From Phoronis australis (Eukaryota > Animalia > Phoronida), in contig NMRA01000421.1 in NCBI GenBank assembly GCA_002633005.1, positions 337,573 through 401,572 on the forward strand: a DNA stretch of 64,000 nucleotides. Reading direction: 5' to 3'. This document shows positions 25,473-39,307 of the stretch, piece by piece. Within the stretch, counting starts at the first letter, position 1. Each line of letters starts with the position of its first letter. The notes under the pieces are model-generated. The model worked only from the letters and a program-made list of their open reading frames with translations, made no database searches and was not told the DNA's origin. The position numbers and the translations under genes were made by a program.

Positions 25473-27739
25473 AATTCTGGGCTGCCTTTAATATGGCAAC
25501 TTTTTGCAAGTTTGACGAGGATACGCAAGGAGGTGTCCACATCCGTTACCTGTGGAGCACTTCATCTCCAGGTTTTCATCTCGACATTAATTTGCGTAAT
25601 CGAACGCACCCCCGAGAGTTTCAGTGGCTTTTCAACGACCAGTTCTCGCTCGTCGCATAAAGTTCGGCACAGGCAAATAAGGTATGGATTGAGGAAATTA
25701 GCGTTCGAGTTTGTTGGATAATGATGAAGTTCATGGCTAGCACTTGACTTGAAAAAGAGTTAGGTGCGACATAATATCGTACATTTTGGTTTCACGACAT
25801 GTTACACTAAGCTGCCTCTCAGTGGATTAATTTCCTCAGAAATGTATTTCTGTTTATCTCCACGATACAATCTGTGCGTTTTTGTTTTCCAAAAGTCGGC
25901 TTTGAAAAACTGTTACACTAACCACATTACACGAAATTCTTGTCAGATCAGATGACACTCATTCTGCTTAGAATGTTTTTTTCTTAAACATAAAGATATT
26001 TTAATAAAAACAAGTTTAAGTTTCAGGAATTCGCAAACAAGACGTTACGCAGTACGTTCTCACTTGAATATTGGTTTTAAAATGAGATTAACGCGGATGC
26101 AAAAACTAGTAAGTAGCTCTTAAATTTGAGGAATCTCGTTGACGGGTGTAACAGTTAGAAAAAGAAAGGCACTGAAAACTAAAAGATTTCCTCAGTTTCG
26201 ATGCTCGCCAAGAGACCTCGCACACATTCTTTCGCAGAGACATCAAGGGCAACCAGCTTCTCTCCCCCACAAACCGCACCTGTGTTTTCACGTACAGCTC
26301 GTAATGAAACAAATTTGGGGTTCACAAGAAAAGAAATGTGTTTATAAGAGATTATTCGCGAGAACTGCAGTGCGGTTCGGGAAGTAGGAAGCCAGGTTAT
26401 TCCTGTCACTGTTTCCTCTCTGGTTACAATTAGATTCATACGCTAAGTCAATATGTAAAGCAAATTCGGACAAACTTGCTTTAAACCTTGGAGTTGTTAG
26501 GAGACGGTAACCCTGTGACCGTCATGGGACTTCCAGTTGAAGGCAAAGTTGTTTTATATTTTTTAGAGCCGATCTCAAACACCCATAAGTATAAGTTTTG
26601 GCCAAAAATGCTGTAATGAATAATGAATTAACAGCAGACCATTAGAGTGATAAAAGTAAAAACACGTGAAATATTGATTTTATTATATTCTCAAATTTTC
26701 CAGATCATTGCTCCACGATTGACATTAATGAACGCTAACACGCGTGGCCACATCGTTAGCGATAACGATTAATCGGGGCTCACAGTAGCTCAAAATTCAC
26801 TTCATTCCAGTCACCGCTAGGAGCCAGATAAGTGATTAGCTCGCCTACAGATTGATAGTGTGTTAGTAAAAAGTGTGAATTTCTTAGCAATCGATAGCAC
26901 TCACTTGCTAATTCGTAGTCACTTGTCGAACTTGACAACAAATTACACGAATAAAGTGTGAATATTGCAATTTATAACAGAAGTCATATCGCGCTACTTT
27001 CAATAACACAAAAGCTGGCCTTTAATGTAGAGCGGAAATAGAAGAGGTCGTTTGCTAAAGGATAAACTTGAAATTGCTTACATTGTAAATTATGACAGTT
27101 AGTTATGGAACTGGGAAATCTAAATGACAAAGTTCTATCACAGCTTACAATCTACTGGGCTCTGGGCGGCATGAGAATTTGTCTCCCTACATGTGAACTA
27201 AGGCCAGTATAATTAAGGTAACTGAACAGCTGAAACAAGCCTTTGAATGAGACCATTTTAGCACTAAATAGCACCCTAGGTCATCAAATTAAAATGCCAT
27301 TTTTGACAAATTCCTCTTCCTCCTTCGACCCTTATCCGACTCGTATACACAGCACGGACACCCATTCCAATGATTAGAAATCCAAATTTTGAACAAAACA
27401 AGATTTTCTTGAGACATGATTGTAGTGTGTATTCAACGAAAAAAAAAAAGGTAACTTGCGTATTCCCCGTTCCACTTTCCATGAAACTTATCGCTCAACA
27501 GTTTGTTTTAGAATTCTTGCATACGTTTACTTACAGTGCAAGTTCTGTATACAAACCCTATAAAAAGCGACGCTGTATAAACTGAAAAACAGCCCACGGA
27601 CAGCATCGGTCACACGCGAAACTTGGTAGCCTGCACGTACAGTATAGCCAATACAACGAATATTAAACGTTTGAACATCTCTCTCATTATTAGCCAGGGC
27701 ATCACTAAATGCTAGAATACTGTTAATGCCTCTACTCAC

Positions 27740-27983
27740 CGTGAACAGACTGTAAGGAGTCTATATCCGAGTATACACTTAAACAATCGCTGTCTTTCCT
27801 TGGAACATAAAAATCCACGTCCGATGTAATACTGTGTGATCGCAGCTGACAGTCTTTTGTCGGAGCTGGAGTTACATATAGGCTGGGTCTCTTCTGGTAT
27901 AATGTTTCCTTTTCGTCTGTATCATCTTTACGACGATAGCACGACCAGCAGCAGACATATAACTTCGCAATGACGGACTGCAT
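27740..27983 (-). CDS. Synaptotagmin-15-like protein, first coding exon
   Basis: ATG at 27983 with in-frame TAA two codons upstream; donor G|GTGAGT; 244 nt, phase 1. Encodes MQSVIAKLYVCCWSCYRRKDD...; the six exons sum to 1233 nt = 410 aa plus stop. Upstream acceptor tttttgttttgcag near 28121 implies a non-coding 5' exon. Confidence 0.75.
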
Positions 27984-30900
27984 GACTTATCTGTGCGACC
28001 TCCGGCATCGGTTGTAACTTTCACACAATTCACTTAGTTGGCCAACCAATGGTAGAGCCGCGAACGTTTATTGGAGATTTCGCTAGGTTACAGGGTGTCT
28101 CGAAACAACATTTCACAGCGCTGCAAAACAAAAATGTCACGTTTCATCTCAATAAATATGCTCCATGTACAACTTTATTTTCTAAAACCTGCAACTAACA
28201 CCGTGACCCTAGTCTAAATAATTAGCAAAACTATAGCAAAACGTGATTTCTGATAGAAACAAGTCAGGAGACGGCCTTGGCGTCCATCTCCATGGTAACA
28301 ATGGGTGCCAATTTGCACAGAAGAAAATCAACTGACAGTTTTCATTTATCTATATTTTATATACATGCAATGACTACAAACAAAAAGATAAATCAAAAGG
28401 TTCACATTTCGCCACCACACGTTACAGAACAAAATTTCAAAAAATTCCCCGTACCCCCAGAGTTGCTACGTGCAATACTCTCATTCCGCTCAACTAAACC
28501 CCTTCTTCAAGCATTTTCTGTCCCGGATACTAACTAACAATTTACAGGGGAAAATTACCGAAATTGTTTTAATTATCGCCAAGAGTTACAAATTCGATGT
28601 TTTGGGTTTTAAAATAACGTAAAACTAACGTTCATCTGCGGCAACACTTTAGGGAGGCTTCCGGGTCCATTCAAGGTTAGTCGCGCTTGCTGGTTCAGGA
28701 GATTTCATCAAGAGTTTTCAAAATTTCTAAATACATTTTTGGGTTAAAGGATTTGAAGACTCCTATTAGTCTAGTTACACTTGGCATCGGCTACTTGAAG
28801 GGTAAAACATGGTTTTGTGTTATTTCAAAGAGACATGACAGACTAACTAAAACGTAAATTATAAATAAGGTTTTCAACCACAAAAGCACGCCAACTCTAC
28901 TTTCCATTACATATTAGAAAGAAAACAACTTCCGTTCCCTAAAAAGCAATCCGTACTGTACAAAGATAAACGAAAGCCATCGATTTTGACAGGGTCAGCT
29001 CCTCAAAAACATGTGGAAGTTTATATCAATCCCAGGTCTCTCCACTCCTTTAGACAGTTTAATTTTAAACTCTAATCGTGGCCAGGAAACTTGGAGCACA
29101 GTGATTGAGATTACCGGTCAATTTCACGATTTTCATGTTTATGCCAGCGGAGATAATTGGGAATTTAAAGTACAAATTAAGTTTCCATTTAATTTATGAG
29201 TAGATAATTATCCAATGTCGGCATGAATGCAGAAACGAAAACCGACGCAGGCAGGACTAACTAGTTTCCAACACTTGCATGGTAGGCCCACTGTTGCGTT
29301 TTCTAATAAAAGCTGATAATTAATTTTATGCAATGAATAACGCTGCTGGACAGAATTATACGTCTTTGCGGATGAAACTGTTTATTTTCCAGAACTAGGC
29401 GCGTGTACCGTAAACATAATGATGTGTTTGGCATTAACTGCTCCCAGACACCAAAGATAAACGACAAAATCTGTGTGGGATTGTGTTGGTGAATGAGAAA
29501 TACCTCTGTCACCACGGACAATAGATCGGTACAGTTTATCTGATAAATGTTCGCAAAACTGTAAATTAATAGTAATTAAAGTTCTTCGCCACGCTGACGC
29601 TTCTAAGCATGATTTTATGGCTGAGGTTGTGACAACAGTGAAGCTGTGATATGAGATGATTCAGAAAAATTCAATGATAAATTTATTACCCAAATAAAAC
29701 CTTTGTAGATAATTCCGCGTCCAACATTTGAAGACAAAACAATGTGTAAACGGAACGGAATGCCAAATGCTTTCTACCGTTCAATTGTAAACTTGTGTTG
29801 TGTTCCTTTGTTTTAATAACTTGAAGCAGTTGAATAAATTAATAACTAAACAATTTCAAAAGTGACCAATCAAGTATTCACTTACAGCAGTATGTAGCTA
29901 CTTCATGAACTCTCTAATTTTAAAATAGATTTAATCCGTATTCTTTTTAAACCTTTAATTTAGCAAAACAATCCTTAAGAATATAGATTCATGCCGAGGT
30001 AGATATATGGCTAGAGGACGACTAAATAATTTAAACTATCTCTCGATATAAAACACACAGGCTTAAAAGGATACAAAACTATTTCATTAAGATAATGGTG
30101 TGCGCAGTACGACAATCCCGTGGAAGGGGGCTGTGTAACAATTTAAAGTTGTATTTTCTTTCCTTAACAGTATGTAAATTTACGATGGTTCACCGAAGTA
30201 TGTTTTGCAAACATAATGTTGACACATTAATGATGTCTTGCGCAATATAATAATTGTGGGAAACTTTCAGCTGTCAAATTGTAGTCAAGTAATTACCTGT
30301 ACTTGTCTGAATAACTGCCCAAGATTGCTGTTCATGAATTTGTAATTTTAAAGTCTGCCCGAGGTGAATATGTGACACAGTTGGGACACCATCATGATAA
30401 TAATTTACGTACTAAGTATTCAGTTGGCCTGGTAATTCCGTCATTTTCTTTTGTTTTTTATGAATCACTTTGTTTAATCCAAAACCCCTTATATCTTGGT
30501 GGTAATTACCAGCCCAAAATGCAGTGCCTAATCTATTTCATGACATTATTAGTCTGGATTACCCGGCGTCTTATCCACTATTTTAATACTCATGTCCCAT
30601 CCACATTTTATCCATTAGTTTATATTTGATATTGCTGCATGATGCCTGACTAAGAAGCCACCTGATTTGTGATGTCACGCTGTGATCAATCACCGGGATC
30701 CGGGGTCTAATATTTTTAATCCAAATAAAACTTTTTGAAATTTCTTATTCTTCTTTTGTGCGAACTCAAGATACGTGTCTATCATTCTAAGCGCGCGTAC
30801 GTAATGGCTTGCGTAAATAACAGTCTAATTGTATTTTGCGCTTGATGACACCCGCAGTAACACTTATAGTTCGAATCTAAAATGGAATTTTGAATTTCTA

Positions 30901-31570
30901 CTGGAAATCTCGATGTTTTACTGGAGTTTGTTACTCGAATCTACGGGTTATCTAATACAAATTTGGACTAACAATCATTTGCATCAACCATAATGCAAAG
31001 GGATAATTTACATGCGAGGGAATCAGAGAAAATGAAGCGCATTTATCAAAATGGAAAATGGTGGCATGACATTTCTTTTGATGCCCGATATGACATGCTT
31101 TTTTAGTCTGAAAATGCCACATGTGGTAACATGGAAGATAACTCTGACCACATATCAGTAAGATAATGCTAGAATTGGCTGAAGGAATAGCTGAGTTTGA
31201 TTGTAGTGTTTGCCAAGAAATGAAAATCCGTGGTAGTTTTTTGGCCAGTTAGGAAATCTCCAACTCTACAGCGGTGGGCCAGGAATTTAAAAAATGTGCG
31301 ATGGGGTCGCGGGGGTGAGATGGTGACAGAAGTTGGAAAAACACGATGAGCCACCGAAAGAAACAACATCGATAGAAACTGGTCCGGACGCTTCGGTCAT
31401 TTGCAGTAAAATTGTTTGAAGTAAGAGTGCATGCGGTGTGGTTGGAAATAAGGTTCCGCGGCAATGGCTTTATGTGTGTCTAGTGTCCAGTGTGCGGAAA
31501 GCGTGCGCGCCAACGATAGATTTCCACGACCCTGTATGTTCTATGAGCTTCAAAGCTGATGTGGGGCAAT

Positions 31571-31701
31571 CAGTGCTGTAGAGTGGCGTAGGCGCACGTA
31601 GGCGGAGCCAACCACCTTTTGGCATTAGGACGTAAGTTACGCTGAGTGATACGTTGGGCTTTGTGCGCCTTCTAGCCTCTAATTTTACCACTTCAGCACT
31701 G
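31571..31701. mobile_element. hAT-type MITE, same family as 9620
   Basis: CAGTGCTG termini; 8-bp TSD GGGGCAAT (31563-31570, 31702-31709). Confidence 0.85.
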
Positions 31702-32953
31702 GGGGCAATGCAACAGACAAAGAGCGTATTGTTTAAACGGATATAAAACCTGTGTGCTCACCTTATTCCTTACTCAAGTTAGAAATGATTTCTACTAGGC
31801 TTGAGATGAACACGCAAGCATCTCGTTATTGCTTCTTATCAGCTTCATTGTTTGCGAAGAATTGTTTTAACACCGTAACATAACGTTTATAGCGGGTTTA
31901 ATAGTCATGGTCGAACACTGCCACCTTTCGGGGATACTTACACNTATCCACTATTTTAATACTCATGTCCCATCCACATTTTATCCATTAGTTTATATTT
32001 GATATTGCTGCATGATGCCAGACTAAGAAGCCAGCTGATTTGTGATGTCACGCTGTGATCAATCACCGGGATCCGGGGTCTAATATTTTTAGTCCAAATA
32101 AAACTTTTTGAAATTTCTTATTCTTCTTTTGTGCGAACTCAAGATACGTGTCTATCATTCTAAGCGCGCGTACGTAATGGCTTGCGTAAATAACAGTCTA
32201 ATTATATTTTGCGCTTGGTGACACCCGCAATAACACTTATAGTTCGAATCTAAAATGGAATTTTGAATTTCTACTGGAAATCTCGATTTTTTATTGGAGT
32301 TTGTTGCTCGAGTCTAGGGGTCATCTAATGCAAAATTGGACTAAAAATCATTTGCATCAACCATAATGCAAAGGGATAATTTACATGTGAGGGAATCAGA
32401 GAAAATGAAGCGCATTTATCAAAATGGAAAATGGTGGCATGACATTTCTTTTGATGCCCGATATGACATGCTTTTTTAGTCTGAAAATGCCACATGTGGT
32501 AACATGGAAGATAACTCTGACCACATATCAGTACATGTAAGATAATGCTAGAATTGGCTGAAGGAATAGATAGCTGAGTGTGATTGTAGTGTTTGCCAAG
32601 AAATGAAAATCCGTGGTAGCTTTTTGGCCAGTTAGGATATCTCCAACTCTAGAGCGGTGGGCCAGGAATTTATAAAATGTGCGATGGGGTCGCGGGGGTG
32701 AGATGGTGACAGAAGTTGGAAAAACACGATGAGCCACCGAAAGAAACAACATCGATAGAAACTGGTCCGGACGTTTCGGTCTCTTGCAGTAAAATTGTTT
32801 GAAGTAAAAGTGCATGCGGTGTGGTTGGAAATAAGGTTCCGCGGCACTGGCTTTATGTATGTCTAGTGTCCAGTGTGCGGAAAGCGTGCGCGCCTACGAT
32901 AGATTTCCACGACCCTGTATGTTCTATGAGCTTCAAAGCTGATGTGGGGCAAT

Positions 32954-33093
32954 CAGTGCTGTAGAGTGGCGTAGGCGCACGTAGGCGGAGCCAACCACCT
33001 TTTGGCATTAGGACGTAAGTTACGCTGAGTGCTCATGGTGATACGTTGGGCTTTGTGCGCCTTCTAGCCTCTAATTTTACCACTTCAGCACTG
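32954..33093. mobile_element. hAT-type MITE, duplicate or allelic copy of 31571
   Basis: Same termini and GGGGCAAT TSD; carries a ~10-bp internal insertion. Confidence 0.85.
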
Positions 33094-36000
33094 GGGGCAA
33101 TGCAACAGACACAGAGCGTATTTTTTAAACGGATATAAAACCTGTGCTTTTTGTCAAAACGCGTAGTTCGACCACTTTCCGCTTTAAGATAGGTCTCACC
33201 TTATTCCTTACTCAAGTTAGAAATGATTTCTACTAGGCTTGAGATGAACACGCAAGCATCTCGTTATTGCTTCTTATCAACTTCATTGTTTGCGAAGAAT
33301 TGTTTTAACACCGTAACATAACGTTTATAGCGGGTTTAATAGTCATGGTCGAACACTGCCACCTTTCGGGGATACTTACACAAGAGATGTGTGCTGCCGG
33401 GGTTTGTCAATCAAATGGCAATTTCACGACCAGTTTCACTCCGAAACGAATTACTTTGCAGGTTCATCTTTTCCACAGTATTCTAAATCAAAGTTTCAAG
33501 TTCCACTTAGGTCTGATGTGCTTTGCCACCACTCAATGGGTTGTTTATTGAATTGTAATCCAACAAATAAACATTTTAGAGGCCCCGAAAATGATGTTGG
33601 GATTATCACACAACTATGAAAGTATGACTTTTGAAAACAATTCCACTATCAAGTCTTTAAGGTTCCAACGGCGCGCGCCGTCAAACGAAAAGCCGACTAC
33701 CCCTCCCCCGGGAGCCGCAACTTCTCATGAAATGCGCACCCATAATTTTCGGAGTGGTGAAAAGATCAATGGTACTTCTCTAGGTATCATTCGCAGAATA
33801 CCTTTAGCTAATCAATGACGTGATTTCCCGTTATTTATCAGGACCTAATTCTGATTTTACATCAGATTTATTGAGAAGAAAATGCATTGGAAACGGATGC
33901 GCCTTAACGTCCTATTGATTTTTCATTGTAACAGAGGACGTAGTGATGTTTTGAAGCATTTTCAACTGTAAAAATTGAATAGTTGATGCAGTACTCTTTT
34001 GTGTAAAACTGGCGTTGATCGTTACCTCTATCAGAATAAAAATGAGTTCCTTTTTGCAACAAAGGCGCAATTTTTATAGTGACAGGCTGCAGTTTAAAGT
34101 ACACGCGACCTTCGGGCGCACAAAAATGAACGAAGCTTTCCTGATGCCCACCGACACATGTTATTAACTAGAAAAACGATCATTTTACCCCCGACTACAC
34201 AATTTCGACAGATGAAATGCCAATAGCAGGTCAGACCTTTATCCCCTGTTTCGCTCCCCCGCCATACTTATTTCGAGCAGAGTTACTTCAGCTTTGGCAA
34301 AATTCATCAAAAGCATTTCGATGTGCAGGGGGTCGGATGATAAAGGATTTTCTCGAAAGTGCAGCCTGCATCTAATTTCATTGAAACATCATGACTTTCT
34401 TACTGGAGTTAGATTTTGGTTAACGAGACATAAAATAGTAAACTAAAACACTAAACAAAGGTATGAATTGAATTGTCTACCAGTGAAATAATTGATTGCC
34501 TAGACAGTATTTGGGAGTGTTAAACTGTTTTCATCTGTTTTATCCTCGTGCTTGGACATGCGAATATTTGAGTCTGGAGAAGCGCGAGTAGATTAGGCCA
34601 ACTAAGTGCTGCCGATCGTCACGTGTGCATAGCGGAACCATCCCTCATGAAAAGCAAGTCCAAACACGAGGTTTGGTACTACCAGAGAAAGTGTTGTGAT
34701 TGATGTCGTTTCTGGTACATGTTTTCAGTTACTATTTTACCATTTAGCATAGTAAAGCACAAGCACTCCAATAAAGGGACTCATGCCTACTTGTACAGAA
34801 ATTACACATTTTCAATACTGATTCGATTACAGTCGGATTTAAGGGAGACGGCCGTCATGATGACGTATTCAAGGCTTACGCAGACATTCCCCCTTCGAAA
34901 ACTGATGTTCCCCCCTGCCGCAGACAAAGCAATAAGTGTGAACTTAAGACACCCTAGATCAACGGTGTTGGTCAAATAATCACAGTGTACGCCAGTTTAG
35001 AGCGTTACATGTTTGTTACCCTTAGCTCGAGACTGGTCACTTTACCCTTGACGAAGTAAGCTTGTGTAGACCTATCCACGGTCATTTGATGCAAGATCGC
35101 CATTTGTCATTTGTCTGACGTTTAGTACTTTTTAGTACCCGGCCTAAGGAGCGCCTACAATTACAAAGCATGCTCGTTTGTTCAGGTTGACATACGATGT
35201 CACGAGGGTAGGGAACCCAAACTACACTTTCCAAAAAGCAAACCTCAGTTCCGGGGAGTCCTAATAACAGCATGCCGGCCGCGCCGTGTTTAGTAAAGCC
35301 CCCCCCCCTTTCGTAAAATGCCGTCAATATGTTATTAAATAATACGTATTTAAGCACTTTATATATAGATATTTAAAAATCGCATAGTATCGAATAGTTT
35401 GCATTGAATTACTGTGTGCGTGCGCGTATGTGCGTGCGCGTGTGTGCGTGGGTGTATGTGCGTGCGCGTGTGTCCGATGTGCGTTACGATATCATTACAT
35501 TGTATGATTCCGGCAGTCCGAATACACTCGTAATGGAATCAACTTCTTTAAAAGCCCATAGTATCCTCCAATTTTGCAGGACATAAAACATTTTGAGATC
35601 TCGCAATAGCGGCCTCATTATTTGACAGAAAGTTATTGTACTTAGTGTTAAACTAATTAATTTTCCGTGAACGGACATTATTGCTCGGAAGCATGTTCAA
35701 AACGGTTGAAGCTTTCATTTCTTTCCTTTATTCGCAACCGTGAATATATACGACTTACACTGCGAGATAATTGCTCAACAGTAGATTTAATTATCCAATA
35801 ATATGTAAATTGAAAATGTCACTCTGCTCACGTTATATGACTTCCGCGCGTATAATCAGTGGACGTCGGTGATAACACCAATCCACAGTTGTTGATTGCA
35901 AAGTGATCCCCTGTTTGCCACATGATGACGTCAGTTGAGCTGATTTACGACAGGTATGTCGTGCGAAATAAGCAAGATGGCAGAGATGGTCAAAATTGTG

Positions 36001-36189
36001 TTATCGTTGAAAACGTCGCACACTGAGGGTTATTTTTGTGCACATCATTTCTATAGTTATCTTTAGCGGTAAATCCCGACAGGAAGGGAGGGTATTCACT
36101 TGAATTCTTTGACATGGTATGATACAACTGTGAAATACCTGTTCTGTCCCCAATCTATAGTTCAAAATGTGCGTAGTCCTAGTAAAGGC

Positions 36190-36369
36190 NNNNNNNNNNN
36201 NNNNNNNNNNNNNNNNNNNNNNNNNNNNNNNNNNNNNNNNNNNNNNNNNNNNNNNNNNNNNNNNNNNNNNNNNNNNNNNNNNNNNNNNNNNNNNNNNNNN
36301 NNNNNNNNNNNNNNNNNNNNNNNNNNNNNNNNNNNNNNNNNNNNNNNNNNNNNNNNNNNNNNNNNNNNN
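36190..36369. other. Assembly gap
   Basis: Run of 180 N. Confidence 0.99.
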
Positions 36370-36634
36370 ATCTTTTAGGCTGAGTGAGCCCATGAGACCG
36401 AAGATAAGTTTGCACGAACAAAACGAACTTTACGTTAGTACGTCTATGGACCGTTCGGACAATAAGACCCTTCAGATTAACAGACTAACACGACCGTGTG
36501 CACTGTAAATAAATACTTAGAAGAACCAACGTAGGTGGACCGGGTACGTTTCTCAACGGTTGTCTCCCACACAAACCAGAATAATGTTGGTGCATCGTCA
36601 ACTCAACAATTGACAACAAAAAAAACAGTTAAAT

Positions 36635-37612
36635 AATAATAACAATAATGATATCATTTATTGTACATCGTACGCTTTGCCTACTCATACATAAACACAT
36701 AAATTCAAATGTATATTCATAGTATTTACACGGAGAGTAGTTCTTCTCTTAAAGCCATAGCCTTCTGAATATACAATGCAAGACGCTGTATACTTTCGTG
36801 ATTTTTCTGTTGGAATAACCTAACAAGAGAATAGTTAGCTATTCTAAGGTCTCCAAGAACAGGGCATCGACACATGAAATGAGGATCATCTTTAATTTCA
36901 CCCAGACAGCATATGACGCATATTCTCTCACTTCTAGGAATACCCATATGCCTCCCTTTCTCTATATTAAGTGAGTGACCTGAACAGCGAAATTGCGCCA
37001 GTGTTCTTCTCGAATAAGCGCTTAAACAATGCACATATTGCTCGATAACAAGATCACGTTTAATAAGACGATAGAAGTCATATTTATTTGAGCTACCTAT
37101 TTCCATTCCTGTACGCCACAATCCAGTAATCTCTGCTTGAATACCATAATAAATTCAGCACTATTGCCTGGGCTAAATTACCACGCTTCTCCATAACAAA
37201 ATTTCTTTGACACGGTGTGCCCAGTTACAATATTGCCGCTTTCGCCTATACTGCACTTCAGTGGGTACCTATGTTCTTCCATATCAAGTAATTTTGTCCA
37301 ATAGATAATTGGTTTACACATATATTTTGTAATTAACAATTATCTCCCACATTCACCGCGAGCCATAGCCTTTGGCGTTTTATTACTCAGTCTCAGAACA
37401 TATTTACAGAAATCATTATGAACTTTTTCGATAGATTCACACATTGATGTTCCCCATATTTCTGCACCATATGTTAATATGGGCATTATCATAGAGTCAA
37501 AGAATTTAAAATGTACCCCATGGGAAATACAGTTAAGTTTTCACAGAGCGGCTTTAATAACGCTCATTGCTTTTCGAGCTTGACTTGCAAGTACTCTACA
37601 GCACACAGATGT
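36635..37612 (-). mobile_element. Degraded LINE (RTE-X/CR1-type ORF2) 3' portion
   Basis: Minus strand encodes CRVLASQARKAM...FFDSMIMPILTYGAEIWG... and AQFRCSGHSLNIEKGRH...ERICVIC...HFMCRCP...LR (C-terminal Cys/His region), with stops and frameshifts; AATAAA and (att)n-like tail near 36635-36662. Confidence 0.85.
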
Positions 37613-39307
37613 TGGCGAAGTCTTGCTTTTTAGCGAGGTCCTAGCGTTACTGGACGGGAGGCAGGTCTCCCGAGAACCACACGAGTTACCATTACAATAT
37701 CGCGAAAATCTCGTTTTGCGAGACTATTTTTAAGTAAATGAGTACGATAATATGTCATCCTTAAACTAATGAAACAAGGCATAGTTTTTATTTGTTCATC
37801 CGCTGTCAAATAAGGATTTTCTACATACTCACACTTGTTTTCAGGTTAAGCGTATCAGTTGTGATGCTTTCTTTAAAACCGCAATTCATTTGCAAATTGT
37901 TTCTTTTCTTGATTATACTTGTTCAGGAAGTCACAAAGTGGCGCTTGCTACAGATTTAAATATTAAAGATTTTAATGAGACATAGCATCTTTAAGTTCAT
38001 GCAGTCTTCTCGTCGTTACTTTCTATGCCTACACGGTCAGTAGTGCATTGACCACAAGGATGACTGAGACGTATGGGGCCCGGAACCACAGTAGGACAAA
38101 CAAGATGCAACTGTGCACGAGACATGTTAGCCGGACGTTGTAACATTTTGTTATATGACCGGAAAACATTATTTCGTAAAGCGTTCAACTACTTCAGGGT
38201 CGAGTACATATATATCAAAGGTTCCACGAAATTTGTTGTTTTCTGAAACCATGCATACGGTGTGAGACTTCCTGTTTTTACAATTAACTCCATTTTGACT
38301 ACAAAAATGAATGAAAATCGTCTCAACACTTTATGCTGAAGTGCGCAAATACTCAAAAAGGCAAACCTACTTGTTCACTGGTGTCCCTGGGATGTGTTGT
38401 CAACTATAACATTGAGCATATTGGGCACTGAATCACTCATTACTCTGGAGGAGTAAAAATACAATATCAAAGTCGTAACATCTCACACGCTTTTAGCACC
38501 TACTAACCTTAGTCTTGGGGCCCGGTTTTTCTCGTGCACGGAGGGACAGCTATGATGATAAATAGCTACAAACCTTTGCCAGGGAAAAAGTTACCTTTTA
38601 ACGTCCATCCATGTGTATAAACGTATGACAAAGCAAAAGTGTGGCCACGCGACTTGAACAAGCTCATCAAAAGCGATTGGTGCGTTCGATAGTGGTCCCG
38701 ACTGAAACCGCGAGAGACATGACTTGTCTACGTGAAACTGACGTCTAAACGTTGATTTCATGCCAAAGCAGTTTCAGTTTCAAGGAATCCAGAGACACAC
38801 AGTCATTTCACTCACCTTCGAAATACGTTAATCGTAATGAAGACCAGCGACATAAAGAGGTCCCTGAAATGAGACGGAAAACATTTGACAGTTCACCACA
38901 TCCTGAATCCTAACTCCGCATTACAGATCTGATTTTTCAAATAGTTACTGACCGTTTCATGGACGAATAAATTATTAATGCTCTGTTGTTGAATAAAGCA
39001 AACCATTCGCTACCTCACTGCGGTATTCCATAACGAGTGCATTAGACGTGGAGAGTAGATTACACGAATTGGTAATATGAAACGATGCGTCGTGATCCTG
39101 GGGTCGTCTATAAGAATTACCGAGGTCGAATTCACGTGGTGTTTTGGCCGGAGTGTTTTAGAAAAAGATAACACGCTTGTTGCTTGTGTGGATGAATACA
39201 TGTCACGATTTAACAATTAAAATTGTTGTTTAAAGAGGTCATTGATTGTTAAGACAGGCGGACATGACAGCAATACACGATAAATATGATACTCTCAACG
39301 TGACTTG

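Larger units (their letters stand above)
30572..33381. repeat. ~1.4-kb tandem duplication joined by a single N (probable uncollapsed haplotypes)
   Basis: 30572-31943 and 31945-33381 are near-identical apart from SNPs and indels; N at 31944. Confidence 0.85.

Noticed and set aside
36001-36508. ORFs containing long X runs
   Set aside because: Artefacts of the 180-N gap.
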